A stretch of 64,000 nt of DNA from Bacteroidia bacterium. GTDB taxonomy: Bacteria > Bacteroidota > Bacteroidia > M30B66. Positions 61,301 through 64,000 of this stretch are shown piece after piece; within the stretch, counting starts at the first letter, position 1, and every line of letters starts with the position of its first letter. The DNA is taken from positions 1,792,001 to 1,856,000 of the forward strand of contig OZ257142.1 of assembly GCA_965279035.1 (NCBI GenBank). The letters run 5' to 3'. Under the pieces are notes generated by a model. That model was not told the DNA's origin. It made no database searches and was given only the letters and a program-made list of their open reading frames with translations. The translations under genes and the position numbers were made by a program.

Positions 61301-64000
61301 TTACTTATGTACCAGGCGATATCGTAGTTGGTCCTGAGTCTTCATTTAAAGGAGATGTTTATAATTCTACAACATCACTTTGGACTGAGTTAGCATCGTC
61401 ATCTGCCGTTTCTAGCGTCTTAACTATTGCATCCGGTTTGAATGGTACTGTAATGCCTACTGGTGGTTCTTCTGCAACGTATGATATTGCACCTAGAGTA
61501 GATGTACCAACGTATTATCAAACAGTAGCTTCTGGCAACTGGACTACTTTAGGTACTTGGGAAATTTCAACAGATCCTGCCTTTGTTTCTCCTGCTGGTT
61601 CACCTGCGGTAAGTGTTCCAACCAACTTGAACAGTGCTGGAATTTTCATTCGAAATGGACATACAGTAACTGTCAACACTAGTTTATCCGGTGATGATGT
61701 TACCATTTATTCTGGTGGTACTTTACAATTAACTGGAAATACATTCACATTGGCTAATGGATCAGCAGCAACCGATTTAACTGTTAATTCAGGAGGAACC
61801 TTGCTTTGTGCTTCTGCAACGAATAACTCACTTGTTGTTGCTTCAGGTGCAAGTATGCAAGTGAATGGATTATTTATGCAAGCTGGCTCTGCTAGTCCTG
61901 ATTTGACAAACAGTGGAACCATCACCATTGGAGCTACTGGAACGTATGAGCATGCTCGAAATGCGGGTATCATTCCAACTTGTACTTGGACTGCAGGTAG
62001 TCTCTGTTTATTATCAGCCGTAACGAATAATGTTCCTTCTGGTTTAGCTCAAAGTTTCCATCACTTCACTGTTAATACAACATTAACAGCAAGCGTAAGC
62101 ACATCTGGAAATCTTCAAACAATTTTGGGTGATTTTAATTTGACTACTAATCACGCATCATTTGCCTTTAGCCTTTCTGCTGGTACATCCTATAGTTTGA
62201 ATGTTTCCGGTGATATGACTATTAACAACGGAATTTTAGATTGTGCGAATAGTGGAGCTGGACCAAATTCAGTTACAGTTACTGGTACAACAACAATGAC
62301 TGGTGCCAATTCTCAAATAACTAAGAAAGGTCCAGCAGCAATGACATGGAATTTCAATGGGAATTATACTCAAAACTCAGGAACATTGGAATTCAATGCG
62401 GGTGGTTCAAGTAACACAACTGTTAACTTTAGAGGGGATGTTGTGATGAACGGGCCTGTTCAAAGAACAAATGGTGGTACACATTTGATGAATTTCTTAA
62501 AGGCAAGCGGTGTTCAGACCTTAAGTCAAGGAACTCCAATTACTACAGCTCAGGCAATTGTTTGGGCAGTAGGAAATGGAACTACAACCAATACAGTTCA
62601 AATGCTTACGGATGTGAACGTTGGAACTTCTGGATCAACAACCTTTACTGTTAATAATGCGGCCACATTAGATTTTCAAGACAAAACTTTATATGGTACT
62701 AATGCACCATTTTCTATGGGGGCAACTGCAACCTTAAAAATGGGTTCTCAATATGGAATAACCACTGCAGCAGTAGGGGCTACTTCTGGTAATTTGCAAA
62801 CTCAAGTAGCTGGAAGGGTTGTTCAAGCGACTGGAACTTTTATCTATAGTGGTACTGTCAATCAGGTTACTGGAAATTTATTGCCTTCAACATTAACTGG
62901 AACTGGTAAATTAACTATTTCAAATACTGGAACAATTGGAAATAATACAGTTACCTTAACTACAACTCCTACAACTACACCAACCTTTAATCTTGTTTCT
63001 GGGTTATTTGCTGCAGGTGTAGGTCAGACATTAAATATTACAAGTGGCGGAACTGTAAATGCTACAGGTGGTGATTTTGTTACAGGAAGTACAGCAGGTT
63101 TTATTAACTTCCCAGGAACTGGCACATGGACAGGTTCATGTAATCCGTATAATGTAAATATTAGTGGTGGAGTTAATTTTGGAGCAGGAACTGTAACCAT
63201 TCAAAATAGTGGTACACTAAAAATAAATGCTGGTGGTTTTGTGTCTACAAACGCACCTTTTTATAATGCTAATTCAAATTTACAATACAATGTAACTTCA
63301 GGAACTACTTATGGTAGAGGTTTGGAATGGTATCAATCCGCAGGCAGAGGTTATCCTGGAAATGTTAGAATTAGTAATAATAATACATTAGATCCAGCCA
63401 ATGGTGGTGGAAATATTAATGGATCTGCCGCTGTAAATACTGTATTAAATTGTGCGGGTAGTCTTACAATTGATGCAGGTTCAAGCATGTACATGGACTT
63501 TGGCGGAAATAATATGCAGGTGAATTTGAATATACTTGGTTCACTAAACATATCGGGCAATCTTTCTTCTTCAGGAACCGCAGGAAAGGATATATATGTT
63601 GGGAGAGATTGGAATTATAATACAGGAGCCTCGTATAATGCAAATACACGTGCCGTTTTCTTAAATGGATCAGTTAACCAGAATGTAGGAGGAACAGCCT
63701 CAACTACTTTCCCATATTTAGTATTAAATAACAGCGCAGGTGCAACACTTACTATTTCTCAAACAGTAAGCAATACACTAACACTTACAAATGGTAAACT
63801 AACTCTTGGGAATTTCGATTTAAATAGCAATGGAACTATCAGTGGTGCATCAACTTCTAATTATGTTGTAACCAATGGAACTGGTCGTTTGAAACAGACC
63901 GTTGCAGCTAGTAACGTTGCTTTCCCTGTTGGAAATTCAACATACAATCCTATAACGTTGAATAATACCGGTACATCGGATGTATATGGTGTAATAGCTA
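49333..64000 (+). CDS. Giant secreted beta-helical repeat adhesin (>4889 aa, 3' end outside window)
   Basis: MKNFNSTTMMLTRIRLTCLLVLAGLSAFAQ signal peptide; autotransporter-associated beta-strand repeats (KSGTGTLTLSGANTYVGTTTVNGG); G/S/T/N-rich; ~2.2-2.4-kb modules with FPVG..YxP motifs. Frame checked at several points, and the ORF track shows no truncated long fragment. Confidence 0.9.
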   Translation, partial: MKNFNSTTMMLTRIRLTCLLVLAGLSAFAQTTVTYTQQQANYYTTFTAGTAGNFNQGSFQLGMYANAGGTKQVASFRKFRTDGSGSSTGDRSMKVGDQFVVTLSATRAYGRIGFSLLASPSATTAWTDRENNYAMSMNLDGNSGAWGNWYAKYNGGGTSAGSANVAGQQTTYKNFTFTLTLTAPDRMNATWTDGTTTSNLYDIQLNTSNPITDYCVFLEDDWDGGANRNIYWGLGAVGTQHTLTNTGNCTIGQSNSSFTTSGVIFNGLDANSASTNSLNNNLVKSGTGTLTLSGANTYVGTTTVNGGSLLLGASGVIPDASNVTLNGGTLSSGSGAGFTEVMGTLNLSANSTLALGTGAHTITFANSSAVSWTANTILTVTGWTGTNNGNSSGTAGKLFVGNGFGGLTGIQLSRIRFNISGTLYGAMQLSTGEVVPTGGTVLYYGGANGTWTGSLWSVNEGGPYTTAWTSGCHAVMNLTSGANTLTGATTNIAAITVNAAVTYAIGGTWSMGPAGAAVAPIYVDNGVTFSMLGQGISVTAGNGIIKNGSGILQGANGNNYLGGFTINNGMFAIGGINSMGNGGTLNINGGTLAGTANRDLTGKFSSITIGGDFTLGSSTSPASGTATLTFTNNTALGSSVTRTITLGGTGLITWNGIISGTSSNLTIGATAAGSMSLGGVNTFGGNFTVNAASSTITLAAANSYGGGTVVNAGTLKLTISSAIPSGSALSFANTSGAILDLTTTALTHTVASLSGGGSTGGNISFGAPATGEVLTINQSGNTTYSGLISGNGSITKTGAGILTFGHTANTYTGSTTISAGELRLNPSTTTATFASPVILSGGKLSTTSITAATTFTSSSTLKLNASSSIDLGSNAHSLKFAASNGVAWTGATTLTINGWTGTGGATGTAGKIFFGSAVGTLTGTQLGQITFTGYTGTPILLSTGELVPPVPSVTYTWTGGAGDFLWTSPANWSPGTSTAGVGPTATDNVVIPVATNMLNLNVAKTAANFTLSGTGSFQVGASGSLTVTGTLTNSSSATPTFNCGSTFTVSSAGQTIPAWNYGNLVLSGTTATLASSGTIGICGSYTPSATTTVTGSTVDFNGSTAQSILTNAAVFNNLTISNTASTVTSGVNVTVNGTGTINSSATFIQSAGTFAANAVATTVNGTLRVTSTGAATGSAANLIFSSTGTYDHNRDGGAIPSASWNATSNCNITGINATLCTNTAQTFGNFLWNCPSSSTTFNFGAALMTNVVGLCEIRNTNGATGTLGFDATRTWTGNLSITGGRIALTRTGSATSSSLTVNNFTLDNTSDANARFTLGGNASNVASTLTVNGTFTITLGQNAAVSPIIVYGGLAGTENVNVVGNFSQTGAFTGSIGGSSSRNFNFTGAGTRTISWASSTLWGSVAVNVNSPAIIDIANYVLNNTGTFTLNSGAGIITANVNGLTTSGATGSIQSSGSRTYTSGANYTYNGTASQATGNGLNQNTPTNVNIDNTAGVTLSGATTISGVLTLTNGKLDIGANDLTLSSVGLGSVTGASSSKYIITSGAGQLLRAISTGGYPLTYTYPVGDASNYTPAAFNFTSGGTARNIGVRVVNTVHPSNTPSTDYANRYWAVSNSNAAGTFAYTPTFTIVDPGDIGAGSYANMKINRWNGTSWTQYDTSPNTTFSTPDFTLTSTLIQFTIVNGGTNEFAIRLNNPAINYTWNGGTSSSWTTTTNWTPNGTPGVNDNITIPDVASYTNELIVSGSKTVTDFTVSANGKYTLGAASSLNVAGNYTYSSSTAPTFDCTSTLSLSSASSQTVPAHNYGHLNLSGGDRVLASSGTIGICGNYTPSSGVTTITGSTVDFNGTSAQTIITNAASFNNLTISNTSSTVTASVNVTINGTATINSSATYVQSANTLTIAAATTTNVNGTLRNSGGTITNSGTLNFNASSIYDHARDGGAVPTATWNATSNCNITGINATLCTNTAQTFGNFLWNCPSSSTSFNFGAALMTNVVGLCEIRNTNGATGTLGFDATRTWTGNLSITGGRIALTRTGSATSSSLTVNNFTLDNTSDANARFTIGGSGSNVSAVLTTNGNFTMVMGQNAAATPVIVYGGILGTENIIVKGNFSHSGSGTGTISRSGTGGTSETFTFTPTGAQTFTSANASLFGLCDVVLNGTGSLAFDATSIIANTTGATPTVGRFTLASGATIITANTGGLSLTGSTGSIQSGGTRTYNAAANYTYNGSSAQITGLGLVQANNLTINNAAGVTLSAGTTITNNVNLSNGVLTLNTADLIINNAATITGTFGPTAMIATTGSASRSSGRVMRMFPSGTSSGSFTFPLGDITGTAEYSPITISLSYTGATLPPYVAYKVKDAQNPSDPSITNYISRYWEVTSNLYSATGISFTTTSTYVTADIVGTETLIEPNRLSQSGVDIGTWYEDATGSAGSNTLNGATLTSANDFNDDDLTGRLTVPIYFRSNVATGNFESPGSWLVSTDPAFLAPVGTTTTASPTYSNCDGIEIMSGHNITIAAAAGIDQATVNSGGTLTIGAGATLVVYNGTGTDLQVNGSLVNQSSIAVTLAGTLVIGSTGLYNHNINSGTIPSATWTAGSNCLISGMTTTAPSGLGQAFSDFTFNSTLSASNSLSSALTNVGRDLTINGTGGFTLGLTSTTALALTVGRDLNVTSGFLTLVTGANTNTVSLTVSGDLKISGNGGFSIAGGSSSGAGSTTLTVNGLVNNTSSSGTSFVMSGASKIVTATIANGYSQSSGTASMSQGSGATTLTIATGGFTLSGTGSFNMNNGGTGGATMNITSGDFTQSAGNFNLCASSTGPAYINQNNAANGMVLSGGTMNVLLGNSVTYANRPIITLAGSFSQSGSHAFDWGGGSVSNTASPYPAELRVAKDFSRAGTSTINCSSGSVTNKGLILFNGTQNISSLSTGTFNKTETQISGTSTLNNDFTMTSGANTVFTINSGGRLNTNNYVVSAPGGTPTFTLSSGGTISLTAASGTSNSTGNIQINAPTYNAGGNYLFEGSTSGMVTGPYLPASVTGNITINNSNGVTLSNNLTIGAASVLTLTSGVFDLGTSNLILTSGATISNYAISRYIKTSSTGTIRQTLATNTPVLFPVGNSGYNPITLSQSGASDNYTLRMIDGAISGLSPNDVTKTINRNWSFTRTSSSIVSITASSISYNVGEENNATNFNAGTQPYYGLYNGALWVQATATQGAQTFTSANAVSSSTSTSFNVAMGKDDAFINPSTTYTWVGNGAAGDWTDPNNWNPSTSLAGPLPGDNIIINAPGTASNNLNLNISKTVTDVTFNGTGVMALGASGSLTINGTVTYGGSFSATLNCSSTINYANTTALTIPPFNYGNLVNANASVRTWAASATTGICGTLTAGIGSTFTAGAGSTVDYNGTGAQTVVNLNYNNLTISQNRGGATVTLASGTIDVAGTFNPSLSNNSISYSGNTINFSGSAGQGIPAFTYNNITSSNLARTWANSGVIDVNGTFAIPSSGVQTVTGSTVRYSSTAAGTITLTSFSSSATPRHYNNLEIVGGASSIWNLASGFNLGCAGNFDLTGAGTFTVAVNATANSMTVDGNLTVSGSGNLIIANTATATLVNNLTVTGNTTISNGLLTCIGASSSTTVQGNLSTTDLTISGSGAVNLDAASNTASAAITVNGNMSVTSTSASAVNFGSGTNNANNVFNLKGNLSKSGTGSFNCTGTFNSTTGFFFNNGSGTQQFSYAGTAMTAANINVSAASTLQLMSSFNLGSAGASSLNVVGTGVLIMGTNVVTAGNSANLFSLSSTGTLKTANTSGVIGSIAGFTFANCTFASGAIFEFNGAAAQNTGVSTFTGITTASFYTITWTGTTSLTLDKSWSLNTLNFTNSGLIYLGTNNLTITSAGSITGGSFSASKMIVTDNTGTLVRSVTSVGVGLPFTWPIGENTGTTEYSPVTIASLASGGIAGSIGFRVVDGIQPNMSPATIYASRYWPCTVSGYNATYTLGSSTFTYVPGDIVVGPESSFKGDVYNSTTSLWTELASSSAVSSVLTIASGLNGTVMPTGGSSATYDIAPRVDVPTYYQTVASGNWTTLGTWEISTDPAFVSPAGSPAVSVPTNLNSAGIFIRNGHTVTVNTSLSGDDVTIYSGGTLQLTGNTFTLANGSAATDLTVNSGGTLLCASATNNSLVVASGASMQVNGLFMQAGSASPDLTNSGTITIGATGTYEHARNAGIIPTCTWTAGSLCLLSAVTNNVPSGLAQSFHHFTVNTTLTASVSTSGNLQTILGDFNLTTNHASFAFSLSAGTSYSLNVSGDMTINNGILDCANSGAGPNSVTVTGTTTMTGANSQITKKGPAAMTWNFNGNYTQNSGTLEFNAGGSSNTTVNFRGDVVMNGPVQRTNGGTHLMNFLKASGVQTLSQGTPITTAQAIVWAVGNGTTTNTVQMLTDVNVGTSGSTTFTVNNAATLDFQDKTLYGTNAPFSMGATATLKMGSQYGITTAAVGATSGNLQTQVAGRVVQATGTFIYSGTVNQVTGNLLPSTLTGTGKLTISNTGTIGNNTVTLTTTPTTTPTFNLVSGLFAAGVGQTLNITSGGTVNATGGDFVTGSTAGFINFPGTGTWTGSCNPYNVNISGGVNFGAGTVTIQNSGTLKINAGGFVSTNAPFYNANSNLQYNVTSGTTYGRGLEWYQSAGRGYPGNVRISNNNTLDPANGGGNINGSAAVNTVLNCAGSLTIDAGSSMYMDFGGNNMQVNLNILGSLNISGNLSSSGTAGKDIYVGRDWNYNTGASYNANTRAVFLNGSVNQNVGGTASTTFPYLVLNNSAGATLTISQTVSNTLTLTNGKLTLGNFDLNSNGTISGASTSNYVVTNGTGRLKQTVAASNVAFPVGNSTYNPITLNNTGTSDVYGVIA

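Noticed and set aside
49639-63649. V/P/L-rich minus-strand ORFs and a few short plus-strand ORFs
   Set aside because: Shadows of the giant G/T/S/N-rich plus-strand CDS.

Overview
AT-rich Bacteroidota-type chromosomal window, judged from T9SS cargo and PorP/SprF genes, TonB receptors and TAnnTTTG promoters. Two giant secreted repeat proteins run off the edges and are therefore absent from the ORF track: <1-11355 (-), >3785 aa, and 49333->64000 (+), >4889 aa. Most short ORFs listed in those regions are shadows. Between them are: a putative metal-uptake TonB operon led by a CxxC/KGPP leader ORF; two GT-C glycosyltransferases; an IS4; a PKD/CUB T9SS protein; an ETR1 (ethylene-receptor)-like histidine kinase with a response regulator; an ECF sigma/anti-sigma pair; HxlR/SnoaL; a CMAH-like metallo-hydrolase; an SPFH protein; corA; and several REP-like repeat families. 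The best-supported system is an intact IS110 (47671-48884). Its upstream bridge RNA can be read directly: the guide loops match both the element's own circle junction and a CAGCACAY repeat family, and the target and donor cores differ (GC vs AC). No rRNA, tRNA or CRISPR array was found. All family assignments come from motif recognition, not database searches.
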